A stretch of DNA of 64,000 nucleotides from Candidatus Omnitrophota bacterium. GTDB lineage: Bacteria; Omnitrophota; Omnitrophia; Omnitrophales; JACQQS01. The notes under the pieces were generated by a model. That model was given only the letters and a program-made list of their open reading frames with translations. It made no database searches and was not told the origin of the DNA. The DNA lies in NCBI GenBank assembly GCA_016206925.1, contig JACQQS010000017.1:2393-66392 (forward strand), in the 5' to 3' direction. Shown one piece after another: positions 37,488 through 47,054 of the stretch (its first letter is position 1; every line of letters starts with the position of its first letter). The position numbers and the translations under genes are program-made.

Positions 37488-39061
37488 AAAGCGGCTTTCT
37501 CCTGAGCCATGCGGCCCAGGCGATCAAAATTCATCCCTTTAAAAGCGTGCGCCTTTTCAGCCATGCGTGCGAAGATCTCCCGAGCCTTGGGGCCGGGACA
37601 CTTTATGCCCAGTTTTACAGCCAAGTCATGCAAAATTTGAATGCCCTCCCTGGCTTCCGGAAGCGGCGCAAAAGCCGGCGTAAACCGCTGGAGAATGCCG
37701 TCACAATTCGTGAAAGTTCCTTCCTGTTCGGCATAAACAGCAGCCGGCAGCGTCATGGAACAAAGCGGCGCGGTCTCATTCCGATTACTGCCTTGGTAAA
37801 CGACAAACTCAAGCTGTTTAAGCAGCTTCCTGGCATCATCCCCAAATAGAGAAACGATGTCCTGCCCGAAAATATACAAAGCTTTTAGCTTCCCCTTCTC
37901 CGCTTCGCCGGAAAGCAAGTCCACGATATTTTCCGCATAAGAAAAACCGAGGGCGCGTGCGCCCGCCGTATTCGGATTCTTGTCGGCTTTGATTAAAAAC
38001 GCGTCTTGATAACCCAGCGCGTTCGGGCGAACCAAAAACAAACGGCTCCTATCAAATAACTGTGCAAAAATCTGTTCCGCCAAAAAGAGCTCTTCGTTTG
38101 ATTGCTGCGGGCTCAGCAGAAATGCCGCGGATTGAGGCGAAAGCGCAGCCAAATTCTTCAGCTTGGATGCGAGCGTTTTCACAGCCGACGGCCAATCTTC
38201 AGCACCTTTGACTAGTAAAATCCTGTTGTCGTCAATAAATTTATAATTGTACCGGCCCTCGTCGCAAATCCACCATTTGTTGATCTCCTCGTTAAACCTG
38301 GGCTTAAGACGCATCACACGTTTCGGCTCAACGCGATGAGATTTTCGGTCATTGTGGTGAATCTCAATGCTGCAACCGCGGCTGCAGCCCGGACAAACCG
38401 ACGGTGAATTCTCTAAATACCAAACACGGCATTTAAACCTGAAATCGCGGTCTGTCAAAGCTCCTACAGGACAAATGTCGGCAACATTTCCAGAATAGGG
38501 ATTGACAAATTCCTTGCTCACGACAACTTCGGAGTGATCGCCCCGGTTGACGATGCCAAACTCGTGTGACTTGGTGATCTCATCGGTAAAACGAACACAG
38601 CGCGAGCACAAAATACAGCGCTCCTGATCCAGCATAATGGTCGGGCCGATGGGAAACGCCTTTTTCTGCTTCTTGACTTTGTTCTCGTTAAACTTCGGAT
38701 CGTAAAGCCCGAACTTCATGTAATAATCCTGGAGATAGCATTCTCCCGCTTGATCGCAAACCGGGCAGTCAAGAGGATGGTTTACGAGTAGAAACTCAAG
38801 AATGTGGGAACGGACCTGCTTTACCTGTTCGGTGTCTGTCCTGACCACCATTCCTTCGGTCGAGAGTGTTTGGCAGGAAATCGCAGGCTTCGGAGCTTTT
38901 TCTATTTCCACCATGCAAATGCGGCAATTGCCCGCAATAGAAAGTCCAGGGTGATAGCAATAGCGCGGAACGTCTATCTTTAGCTTCTCGCAGGCCTGAA
39001 GAACCGTTGTTCCATCTGCTACAGTAATTTTTTTCCCGTCTATGGTCAGTGTAGGCATCAA
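37481..39061 (-). CDS. nuoG: complex I subunit G (short form, 526 aa)
   Basis: N-terminal 2Fe-2S (CYHPGLSIAGNCRICMVE), HPLDCPVCDQAGEC and CILCSRCVRF. The C-terminal molybdopterin-like domain looks abbreviated. Confidence 0.85.
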   Translation of the reverse strand: MMPTLTIDGKKITVADGTTVLQACEKLKIDVPRYCYHPGLSIAGNCRICMVEIEKAPKPAISCQTLSTEGMVVRTDTEQVKQVRSHILEFLLVNHPLDCPVCDQAGECYLQDYYMKFGLYDPKFNENKVKKQKKAFPIGPTIMLDQERCILCSRCVRFTDEITKSHEFGIVNRGDHSEVVVSKEFVNPYSGNVADICPVGALTDRDFRFKCRVWYLENSPSVCPGCSRGCSIEIHHNDRKSHRVEPKRVMRLKPRFNEEINKWWICDEGRYNYKFIDDNRILLVKGAEDWPSAVKTLASKLKNLAALSPQSAAFLLSPQQSNEELFLAEQIFAQLFDRSRLFLVRPNALGYQDAFLIKADKNPNTAGARALGFSYAENIVDLLSGEAEKGKLKALYIFGQDIVSLFGDDARKLLKQLEFVVYQGSNRNETAPLCSMTLPAAVYAEQEGTFTNCDGILQRFTPAFAPLPEAREGIQILHDLAVKLGIKCPGPKAREIFARMAEKAHAFKGMNFDRLGRMAQEKAALC

Positions 39062-39112
39062 TCAACCTCAAAATTCAAACGTCACCTTTTTCTTTTTTCC
39101 TTTCTACTTTAC

Positions 39113-40393
39113 TCAAGTTACAAGTTCCGGCTTTAAATCACAAGCGCCGTGCCGTACGTGATGTTCGAATTCAGAATAAAACTTTTCCACATAGCTGCCG
39201 AGCGGCATGGCAGCACCGTCTGCGAGCGCGCAAATGGTCGTACCGGTCAGATATTTCGCTGTTTCCGCAATCGATTTCAAATCTTCTGTCCGGCCCTTTC
39301 CGGCAAGCACACGGCCCACAACCTTTTCCATCCATCCCGTTCCCTCACGGCAGGGCGAACATTGACCGCAGGATTCATGCGCAAAGAAACGCATCGTAAT
39401 GTAAAGTGCGCGGACCATGCACACAGTTTCATCCATGACCATAACTCCGGCTGAGCCAAGCATGCTCCCTTTTACCTTAAGAGAATCAAAATCCATGGGA
39501 ATATCAATTTCATCCGCCGTCAATACTGCCGCAGAAAGCCCGCCGGGAACAACGGCCTTGAGCCTATTCCCATTCCTGATCCCGCCGGCAGAATCATAAA
39601 TAATACTGCGAAGCGGCGTTCCCAACGGGAGTTCATAAAGGCCGGGTTTTTTGACATGCCCGCTCACGCCGAATAATCTGAGCCCCCCGTTTTTTGCCGA
39701 GCCAAGAGCAGCAAACCACGCCCCTCCTTTTAAAATGATGCTCGGCAAATACGACAGGGTTTCCACATTATTAATCACGGTCGGACAGCCCCAGAGACCC
39801 GAAACCGCCGGAAAAGGCGGCTTTAGCCGGGGAAAACCTTTCTTGCCTTCAAGCGATTCGAGAAGCGCCGTTTCTTCGCCGCAAATATAGGCCCCGGCCC
39901 CGCGATGAATTACGATATCCAGATCAAACGGTTTTCCGAAAATTTGCGTTCCAAGAAAACCTTTTTCACGCGCTTCAAAAATGGCCTTTTCCAGCCGTTC
40001 AATCGACTTATCGTATTCCCCCCGAACATAAATGTAAGCTCGGTGGCAGCCGACCGCATAACAGCAAATGATCATGCCCTCGAGCATTAAATGCGGAACG
40101 CGCTCCATAATATAGCGGTCTTTAAATGTGCCAGGCTCGCCTTCATCTGCATTTACCGCAAGGTAAACCGGCTTGCCGGAGTTCTTCGGAATAAATCCCC
40201 ACTTCATTCCCGTTCCAAATCCGGCGCCGCCCAGACCGCGCAAGTCGGATTGCTTCACTTCTTGAACAATCCGGTCGGGCGTCATCGAAATCACGACTTT
40301 GCGTGCGGCTTCGTACCCGCCATTCGCCAGGTAACGATCGATCGAGAGCGCGTTCTCATTTTCAATAAATTTCGAAAGAATGCTTTCAGCCAT
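39113..40393 (-). CDS. nuoF: complex I subunit F (NADH/FMN-binding)
   Basis: GAGAYICGEETALLESLEGK and ESCGQCSPCREG. Confidence 0.95.
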   Translation of the reverse strand: MAESILSKFIENENALSIDRYLANGGYEAARKVVISMTPDRIVQEVKQSDLRGLGGAGFGTGMKWGFIPKNSGKPVYLAVNADEGEPGTFKDRYIMERVPHLMLEGMIICCYAVGCHRAYIYVRGEYDKSIERLEKAIFEAREKGFLGTQIFGKPFDLDIVIHRGAGAYICGEETALLESLEGKKGFPRLKPPFPAVSGLWGCPTVINNVETLSYLPSIILKGGAWFAALGSAKNGGLRLFGVSGHVKKPGLYELPLGTPLRSIIYDSAGGIRNGNRLKAVVPGGLSAAVLTADEIDIPMDFDSLKVKGSMLGSAGVMVMDETVCMVRALYITMRFFAHESCGQCSPCREGTGWMEKVVGRVLAGKGRTEDLKSIAETAKYLTGTTICALADGAAMPLGSYVEKFYSEFEHHVRHGACDLKPELVT

Positions 40394-40868
40394 GCAATTT
40401 TTCCTGAATCAGATGATCAACTTTCGCCTCATCCAACGGCCCGACATATTTTTTATCTACGCGCAGCATGGGCGCGATTTCACAGGCGCCGAGGCATTCA
40501 ACCATTTCATACGAGAATTGGCCGTCCGGCGTAACTTCTCCCGGCTTGATGCCGCATTTCTTTCCGAAATATTCCCCCAGCGACTCGCCGCCAAGAAGCG
40601 AGCAGGTCAAAGTCCGGCAGAATTGAAAATGCCTCTTTCCAAGCGGTTTTTGCGCATAAAGTGTGTAAAAACTTAAAACTTCCCGGACTTTGATCAACGG
40701 CACCGATAGAAATTCGGAAACGATTTCCTGGACTTCGTCCTTAATGCAGCCGTCCCTGTTTTGAAATAAGTGTAAAATCGGAAGTAAAGCAGCCTGCCTG
40801 GCCGGATAATTTTTCAGTATTTTTTCGGCACTCGGCAGGAGATCGGTCGGAAACGTTTTCGCGCTCAT
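40386..40868 (-). CDS. nuoE: complex I subunit E (2Fe-2S)
   Basis: FCRTLTCSL and ECLGACEIAPM cysteine motifs. Confidence 0.9.
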   Translation of the reverse strand: MSAKTFPTDLLPSAEKILKNYPARQAALLPILHLFQNRDGCIKDEVQEIVSEFLSVPLIKVREVLSFYTLYAQKPLGKRHFQFCRTLTCSLLGGESLGEYFGKKCGIKPGEVTPDGQFSYEMVECLGACEIAPMLRVDKKYVGPLDEAKVDHLIQEKLHG

Positions 40869-42250
40869 CGGTCCAGCTCACCGCCGATCATGTTCACAGA
40901 CCCAAACGTGGGAATAATGTCGGAGACGGTCCAACCGATACAGGTTAACGGAAATGCGGCCAAAATGGTAAAACATGGGGGACGGACGCGGACCCGATAA
41001 GGCCGGTCGGTGCCGTCACTCACGATATAGAAACCTAATTCCCCATTAGCGCCTTCGACCGCCTGATACGTATCGCCTTTAGGGGGTCGGATGCCGTGGC
41101 CGTACATGACCAATTTAAAATGCTGCATGAGCCCTTCAATATTTCCGTAGGTATCCTCTTTCGGAGGCAGGATAGCCCTCTTTTCTTCCGTCTGAACGGC
41201 ATTAAAGTTTGCTCTAGTTCCGCCTTCAAGCGTCGGATCGACAACCGCTTGGACCTCCAGAAGCCCGCCTGTTCTGCCCATCTTGGCTTCGTCGACCATG
41301 AACTCTGCGGGAATAGCGCGCCCCTCCATGTCCACAGCAACGGGTCCCTTGGGCATCTGATCGAGGCATTGCTCAACGATGCGGATGCTTTGCTCCATTT
41401 CTTCCATGCGGACAAGATAACGGTCGAAATTGTCGCCGTATTCTCCGACAGGAACGTCAAAGTCGAGACGGTTATATATCAGGTACGGGTTGTCCTTGCG
41501 TACATCGTAATCAACGCCCGTCGCGCGCAGGAATGGTCCCGTAACGCTGTAGGCGACGGCGTCCTCCTGGCTGATGGTGCCGATTCCTTTCATGCGGTCA
41601 ATAAAGATACGATTCTTGGTGAGCAATGTGTGGACTTCTTGATTAACTTTCCGCACTTCTTTAAGCCGTGTTCTGCACTTTTCAGCGAAACCGGCTGGCA
41701 AATCGGATTTAAGCCCGCCCACCCGCGTATATGAAATGGTTAGACGTGCTCCCGTAACCTCTTCAATCAGCTCCCACAAATACTCGCGCGCCTTGATCAT
41801 GTAGAGAAATACGGTGAACGCGCCGACCTCCATTGCAGAAGCGCCGACACAAGTTAAATGATCGGTAATCCGGGAAAGTTCGCTCATGATAACCCGTATG
41901 TAATCGCAGCGCTCCGTGGTCTTGATACCGAACAGTTTCTCCACGGCCATGCAATATCCGACGTTATTGATAAGCGGAGAGACATAATTCAGGCGGTCGG
42001 TGTACGGAATGACTTGAAGATATCCGCCTTCCTCGCACATTTTTTCAAATGCGCGGTGCAAATAACCTATGTGTACTTCGCAATCTTTCACCACCTCGCC
42101 GTCAAGCTTAAGGATAAGGCGGATAATGCCGTGCATGGCCGGATGTGACGGACCCATGTTCAGCATCATTTCTTTAGTCTCAAGCGCGTCAGCCTCGCGC
42201 GTGGCGGTGTCGCGCACGCCTTCGGTTTTGTTTAATTCCGTGATATCCAT
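40865..42250 (-). CDS. nuoD: complex I subunit D (copy 2) with an internal insertion of about 50 aa
   Basis: GPSHPAMHGIIRL, RLNYVSPL and [16 protein letters not shown]...SVNMIGGELDR. An extra segment lies between GPV and LPPKE. Confidence 0.9.
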   Translation of the reverse strand: MDITELNKTEGVRDTATREADALETKEMMLNMGPSHPAMHGIIRLILKLDGEVVKDCEVHIGYLHRAFEKMCEEGGYLQVIPYTDRLNYVSPLINNVGYCMAVEKLFGIKTTERCDYIRVIMSELSRITDHLTCVGASAMEVGAFTVFLYMIKAREYLWELIEEVTGARLTISYTRVGGLKSDLPAGFAEKCRTRLKEVRKVNQEVHTLLTKNRIFIDRMKGIGTISQEDAVAYSVTGPFLRATGVDYDVRKDNPYLIYNRLDFDVPVGEYGDNFDRYLVRMEEMEQSIRIVEQCLDQMPKGPVAVDMEGRAIPAEFMVDEAKMGRTGGLLEVQAVVDPTLEGGTRANFNAVQTEEKRAILPPKEDTYGNIEGLMQHFKLVMYGHGIRPPKGDTYQAVEGANGELGFYIVSDGTDRPYRVRVRPPCFTILAAFPLTCIGWTVSDIIPTFGSVNMIGGELDR

Positions 42251-42259
42251 CTTTAGAAA

Positions 42260-42805
42260 TCAGTTCCGCGGCCCAATAAGCGGCTGCCTATAGTTTACGG
42301 GGTAATCTTTTCTGAGCGGATGCCCCTGGAATCCTTCATACATCAGAATTCTCTTTAGATCCGGATGCCCCGTGAACCGGATTCCAAACATATCCCAAAC
42401 TTCCCTTTCAAACCAGTTCGCAATCGGCCACACATCGACCAAGCTGGGTACTGCCGGATCTTCCTCGGAAACATTCGTCTTCACACGCAAACGGTGTTTC
42501 AGCTTTATGGAATACAGGTGATATACAACGTAAAATCTCGGGACTAGACCCATCTTGAGTCCGTCGACGGCGGAAAGGTCGGCCAACATCTTGAAATCCG
42601 TGCGCTTATCGTCCCTCAAAAAACGCATGATCTCCGGCACAGATCCTTTAGCCACCGACGCCTCCCAATCTCCCAAATTTACGCAGACACTAAGCACCTT
42701 TCCGGAAAACTGGGATTCAAGCAACGTCAAAACTTCCGGAAGTAACTCGCTTTGGCTGACCGCCCCAAGCTTATCGAGCGGCGAGGATGGCGGCGTGGAG
42801 CTCAT
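42260..42805 (-). CDS. nuoC: complex I subunit C (copy 2)
   Basis: EREVWDMFGIRFTGHPDLKRILM. Confidence 0.9.
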   Translation of the reverse strand: MSSTPPSSPLDKLGAVSQSELLPEVLTLLESQFSGKVLSVCVNLGDWEASVAKGSVPEIMRFLRDDKRTDFKMLADLSAVDGLKMGLVPRFYVVYHLYSIKLKHRLRVKTNVSEEDPAVPSLVDVWPIANWFEREVWDMFGIRFTGHPDLKRILMYEGFQGHPLRKDYPVNYRQPLIGPRN

Positions 42806-43278
42806 GCGATTTCTTGACGCTGGTGCTGGATTTTTTCTTGAAGTTTAATGAGACCGTCCAGAACCGTTTCAGGACGCGGGGGACAGCCCGGGATGTACAC
42901 ATCAACGGGCAGGATGGTGTCGATGCCCATTACGGTAGCGTAGTTATCATAGAATCCACCAGTGCAGGTGCAAACGCCAAAAGCCACAACCCATTTTGGA
43001 TCGCACATCTGATCGTAAATTCTGCGAAGCACTGGCGCAATTTTATGGCTGACCGTGCCGACCACAAAAAGCACATCCGCCTGGCGAGGAGAAAATCTCG
43101 GAAGGCCTGCGCCAAATCGGTCTACGTCATAGTGAGAACACGCAGTGGCCATATATTCCATGCCGCAGCATGCGGTCACAAACGGATATTGAAATATGGA
43201 ATACTTGCGTGCCCAGCCGATGGCGGCATCAAGCTTCGTGGTAAGAAAAGAAGGAAGGCCGGAATTTCCAAAGGCCAT
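42802..43278 (-). CDS. nuoB: complex I subunit B (copy 2)
   Basis: ATG at 43278, 2 nt after the nuoA stop. ACCGMEYM, GVCTCTGGFY and PGCPPRPE. Confidence 0.9.
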   Translation of the reverse strand: MAFGNSGLPSFLTTKLDAAIGWARKYSIFQYPFVTACCGMEYMATACSHYDVDRFGAGLPRFSPRQADVLFVVGTVSHKIAPVLRRIYDQMCDPKWVVAFGVCTCTGGFYDNYATVMGIDTILPVDVYIPGCPPRPETVLDGLIKLQEKIQHQRQEIA

Positions 43279-43280
43279 GA

Positions 43281-43655
43281 TCAATAATCCGATCGGTGCC
43301 AGTCCAACACACCTTGTTTCCAGACATAAGCCAGACCGACGATCAGCACGAGCGCAAAAGGCAGAAATTCCATCAGGCCGAACAGCCCGAGTTTCCGGAA
43401 AACAACGGCCCAAGGAAAAAGAAAGATCAACTCCACGTCAAATATAATAAACAGCATGGCCACCAGATAAAATTTAACCGGTAACCGGCCTACCGGGAGC
43501 ATGAATGGCTTCTCCCCGCACTCGAAAGGTTCACTCTTGACCGGGTTCGGCCGTTTCGGCCCCAGGACCGAAGAAAGCCAGATAAATAAGCCGCCCAGTG
43601 TCGCAGCCATTAAACTAATTGCAACCACCCCAACATATTCCTTCATGTCGTCCAT
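43281..43655 (-). CDS. nuoA: complex I subunit A (copy 2)
   Basis: FECGEKP motif, three TM helices. Confidence 0.85.
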   Translation of the reverse strand: MDDMKEYVGVVAISLMAATLGGLFIWLSSVLGPKRPNPVKSEPFECGEKPFMLPVGRLPVKFYLVAMLFIIFDVELIFLFPWAVVFRKLGLFGLMEFLPFALVLIVGLAYVWKQGVLDWHRSDY

Positions 43656-43661
43656 ATCCTC

Positions 43662-43970
43662 TTACGATGCGGAAACCAAAATATCGCTGCCTTCCACCTT
43701 CACTTTAAAAGCATCCACCGACGCATTCGGATTGAAAGTGCAAGAACCGTTCTTCACGTTAAAGGTCCACCCGTGCCAGGGGCAAGTGACTTCCTCGCCA
43801 TCCAGCATGCCTTCACCGAGCGGTCCGCCTTGATGTGCGCAAACATTGTCAATTGCGAAAAACTGGCCGTTGACGTTAAAAAGTGCGATCTCCCTGCCGC
43901 AGGCTTGAACCACTTTTCCTTCACCTTCTTTGACATCGGTCACTGATGCTACTTTCTCAAATTGGCTCAC
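43662..43970 (-). CDS. Rieske [2Fe-2S] ferredoxin (NirD-like small Rieske protein)
   Basis: CAHQGGPL ... CPWHGWTF. GTG start with strong RBS AGGAGGAGGGG. It ends 6 nt before nuoA. Confidence 0.85.
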   Translation of the reverse strand: MSQFEKVASVTDVKEGEGKVVQACGREIALFNVNGQFFAIDNVCAHQGGPLGEGMLDGEEVTCPWHGWTFNVKNGSCTFNPNASVDAFKVKVEGSDILVSAS

Positions 43971-44021
43971 GATAACCCCTCCTCCTAAAATACAAACACT
44001 GACCCACGTTAAAGTTGGATA

Positions 44022-44345
44022 TTATACTGAAAATGATTCTCCGCATCCGCAGGTGTTTTTCGCATTCGGATTGATAAATTTGAATCCCTTTTCCTCGAGG
44101 CTATCTACATAATCAAGCATGATCCCGTTCAAATAGAGAAAGCTTTTTGGATCCACAAATACGCGGAATGATCCCATCTCCAAAATGTTGTCGCCGCCGC
44201 GGGATTTATCAAAATTAAGCTTGTAGGAGAGCCCCGAACATCCGCCGCCCTGAACGCCAAGTCTCAGGCCCAGATCCTGCTGATTTTCCCTGTCCAAAAG
44301 CCGCTTCACTTCGATTTTTGCCGCATCCGTCAGATCAATTCCCAT
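44022..44345 (-). CDS. iscA: A-type Fe-S cluster carrier (IscA/HesB/ErpA family)
   Basis: 107 aa. GGGCSG and C-terminal CGCGESFSV. Confidence 0.85.
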   Translation of the reverse strand: MGIDLTDAAKIEVKRLLDRENQQDLGLRLGVQGGGCSGLSYKLNFDKSRGGDNILEMGSFRVFVDPKSFLYLNGIMLDYVDSLEEKGFKFINPNAKNTCGCGESFSV

Positions 44346-44359
44346 AAATATTCTCCCGA

Positions 44360-45595
44360 TTACGCCGCCCCAAGTTTCCGGTCGGCATCGCTTTGCCTCT
44401 CCGTATCCAGTTTGGTTTCCATCTCATACAACGGAGAAATCGCACGCAACATCTTAACTGCTTTCGTCACACGTTCCACCACGTAATCAACTTCCTCTTC
44501 CGTATTAAACCGGCCCAAACCGAAGCGAAGCGACGCATGCGCTATCTCTTCGCCGCCGCCCAACGCCTTAAGCACGTGGGAAGGCTCAAGCGCTGCGGAT
44601 GAGCAGGCCGAACCCGAGGAGACCGCGATTTCCTCTCCGAGCTCCATCAGGAGCGACTCGCTTTCCACATATTCGAAGCCCATATTCAAATTATTTGGTA
44701 GCCGGTGTTCCATGCTCCCGTTGACGTGAATAAAACCCAGACGGTTCCTAAGACCGATGAATAGCCTGTCGCGAAGTGCGCTCATCCTTTTCGATTCTTC
44801 ATCCATCAGTTCTGCGGCTAACTCACACGCAGCACCCAGTCCGACAATCCCCGTCACATTTAATGTGCCGGACCGCAAACCATTCTCATGACCGCCGCCG
44901 ACTAAAATGGGTTCGATTCTCACACGCGGTTTCTCTTTCCGAATGTAAAGGGCGCCTGAACCTTTCGGGCCGTAAATTTTATGCGCAGAAAGACAGGCCA
45001 AATCAATTTGCATCTTGTTGACATCAAAAGGAATCCTGCCGACGGACTGCGTCGCATCACAGAAAAAAAGTATGCCCTTCTCGCGTGTTATCTTTCCAAT
45101 CTCCTCAATGGGATGGATGGCGCCGATTTCATTATTGGCGTGCATGATTACGACAAGAATAGTGGAATTTTTAATAGCACTGCGTAGAACGGCCGGGCTT
45201 AAGCGCCCGTCGGGCTCGACCGGTAAATACGTTATTTCGAACCCTTCGCGCTCAAGGGCCCGGCATGTGTCTAAGACCGCGCGATGCTCGGTTACACACG
45301 TGACAATGTGCCGGCCTTTTTCCGCATACATCCGGGCCGCGCCTTTAATGGCCAGGTTGATCGACTCCGTAGCGCCGCTCGTAAAAATAATTTCTTCCGG
45401 CTGAGCATTGATTAATTCCGCCGCTAGGCCGCGTGCCCGGTCCACCGCCCGTTTTGCGTTCCAGCCAAATACATGGCTGCGGCTCGATGCATTTCCGTAT
45501 TCATCCTTTAAAGTCGGAAGCATCGCTTCGAGCACCCTGGCATCAACAGGTGTAGTTGAATGATGATCGAAAAATATGGGCAACTTAACGCTCAT
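44360..45595 (-). CDS. nifS: cysteine desulfurase (NifS/IscS class)
   Basis: PLP lysine in [10 protein letters not shown] and active-site loop [11 protein letters not shown] at 45595 ([18 protein letters not shown]). Confidence 0.9.
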   Translation of the reverse strand: MSVKLPIFFDHHSTTPVDARVLEAMLPTLKDEYGNASSRSHVFGWNAKRAVDRARGLAAELINAQPEEIIFTSGATESINLAIKGAARMYAEKGRHIVTCVTEHRAVLDTCRALEREGFEITYLPVEPDGRLSPAVLRSAIKNSTILVVIMHANNEIGAIHPIEEIGKITREKGILFFCDATQSVGRIPFDVNKMQIDLACLSAHKIYGPKGSGALYIRKEKPRVRIEPILVGGGHENGLRSGTLNVTGIVGLGAACELAAELMDEESKRMSALRDRLFIGLRNRLGFIHVNGSMEHRLPNNLNMGFEYVESESLLMELGEEIAVSSGSACSSAALEPSHVLKALGGGEEIAHASLRFGLGRFNTEEEVDYVVERVTKAVKMLRAISPLYEMETKLDTERQSDADRKLGAA

Positions 45596-45741
45596 TTTAC
45601 TCAAAGGCAGCACTGGTTGAGGCCCGGCCAAGGCAGGCTCTATTGCTTGGTTATTACTAGAAAACTAAGGAGGCCTAATTGCAGCTTTGACTTAATACTA
45701 AACTAAAGCCCCACACTGACTTACATTTGAAACCGCTGCCA

Positions 45742-45770
45742 ATATTACAATAACAGAGTGCTTTAGTCAA
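45742..45770 (-). promoter_or_regulatory. near-consensus sigma70 promoter on the minus strand, upstream of nifS-iscA-Rieske-nuoA-I
   Basis: The minus strand reads TTGACT (45770-45765), 17-nt spacer, TAATAT (45747-45742). Confidence 0.55.
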
Positions 45771-45816
45771 CTTTACGGTTCTAGCGGTAAGTTTTTTTGG
45801 ATTCATGACTTAAGTT

Positions 45817-45846
45817 CGTAGGGGAAATTCATGAATTTCCCCTACG
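45817..45846. repeat. 30-nt perfect palindrome, 1 nt from the gph stop
   Basis: CGTAGGGGAAATTCATGAATTTCCCCTACG. Confidence 0.85.
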
Positions 45847-45847
45847 G

Positions 45848-46519
45848 TCAACGAATGGCGGCAAGCAGACCGGTTAGCTCTTTGAGATGTGAAATAAAAA
45901 AGTCGGGCTTTTCGGCTTCGAGATCTTCCTTTGCGCCGTATCCGTATCCGACAGCGCATGTCCGAATCCCCGCCGCCTTGCCCATTTGAATATCCATGGG
46001 GCTATCGCCTGTTATCAAGAGTTTCGTGGGTACAGCTCTGAATTTTTTCAAGAGAATATATATGGGCTCTGGAGAAGGTTTCTTCCTGGGCACTTCATCG
46101 CCGCCCAGAACCATATCAAAGTAGCCGGAAATTCCAAGCCCTTTAAGAATAGTCTCGGTGAAAACACCGGGTTTATTCGTTACGATAGCTTTTTTTAGTC
46201 CATCAAGCGATTCCAACATTTCCTCCGCTCCCGGATAAAGTCTGGTCCGATCCAGGCAGTGCTCGCCATAATGACGGCGGAACACTTTTAAAGCAGAATC
46301 AAACTTTGCATGGGCCTTGGCGCCGAGCGACTGCATGAGCAAATTTTTGACTCCCTTGCCTATGAACGAAGCTACCGTTTCCACCGGCAAAGGCTTTAAA
46401 CCCATCGTCTCAAGCGTGTAATTGACCGAATCGGCAATATCCCATTTTGAATCGATCAGCGTCCCGTCCAAATCAAAAACAATGAGTTCAAGAAGCTGTG
46501 ATATTCCGGCGGTCTTCAT
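45848..46519 (-). CDS. gph: HAD-superfamily phosphatase (phosphoglycolate phosphatase-like)
   Basis: VFDLDGTLIDS, IVTNK and ITGDSPMDIQMGKAAG motifs. Confidence 0.75.
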   Translation of the reverse strand: MKTAGISQLLELIVFDLDGTLIDSKWDIADSVNYTLETMGLKPLPVETVASFIGKGVKNLLMQSLGAKAHAKFDSALKVFRRHYGEHCLDRTRLYPGAEEMLESLDGLKKAIVTNKPGVFTETILKGLGISGYFDMVLGGDEVPRKKPSPEPIYILLKKFRAVPTKLLITGDSPMDIQMGKAAGIRTCAVGYGYGAKEDLEAEKPDFFISHLKELTGLLAAIR

Positions 46520-46953
46520 CGAAACAATGCGTCAGGTATTTCAAGCTTGAATGACGAAGAGTTAACCAGTTCATTGATCACAGAAACATCGGCCGGAGGA
46601 AACGAATAGCTTTCCAAATCGCTATGACGAATCCACCGTATGGCCGAACAGCCGATCGGCCTGGGAACGCCTCCACGAATGGCGCAGAGGAAGAAATGGA
46701 GCGTGACGTTCCGATCGGGGTATTTGTAATTGACCTTTCTCCAAAACTGCGGCTTCGAGACTAAAATACCGATCTCTTCGGTCAGTTCCCTTGCCAAAGC
46801 GGCTTCGAGAGATTCGCCTCTTTCCCTTTTTCCTCCGGGGAATTCCCAAAATCCGCCGTAATAGGAACCGGCCGGTCTCTGAGTGATAAGAATGCGGTTG
46901 CGCCTGAAAATGACTGCGCAAACGACCTCAAAGGTAGGGGTTTTTGAAGTCAT
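46516..46953 (-). CDS. mutT: Nudix hydrolase (MutT/8-oxo-dGTP diphosphatase-like)
   Basis: Nudix box GGKRERGESLEAALARELTEEIG. Confidence 0.8.
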   Translation of the reverse strand: MTSKTPTFEVVCAVIFRRNRILITQRPAGSYYGGFWEFPGGKRERGESLEAALARELTEEIGILVSKPQFWRKVNYKYPDRNVTLHFFLCAIRGGVPRPIGCSAIRWIRHSDLESYSFPPADVSVINELVNSSSFKLEIPDALFR

Positions 46954-47054
46954 GTGACTTGCCGCCGGTTCTTTGCCGAATATTTTATGGATTGATGACG
47001 ACTACCCGGGTACAATAACGATGCTTTTTACACAACTTCAGCTGAAGCAAATTT

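Noticed and set aside
39062-39112. Purine-rich nuoF-nuoG spacer (minus strand GTAAAGTAGAAAGGAAAAAAGAAAAAGG) that resembles a hairpin-element arm
   Set aside because: I could find no complementary partner arm nearby. It is probably just a spacer or RBS region.
46954-47054. Possible preQ1 riboswitch upstream of the queD-like gene
   Set aside because: The leader does not contain the preQ1 class I or II core sequences as I remember them, and it has no obvious compact hairpin with an A-rich tail.
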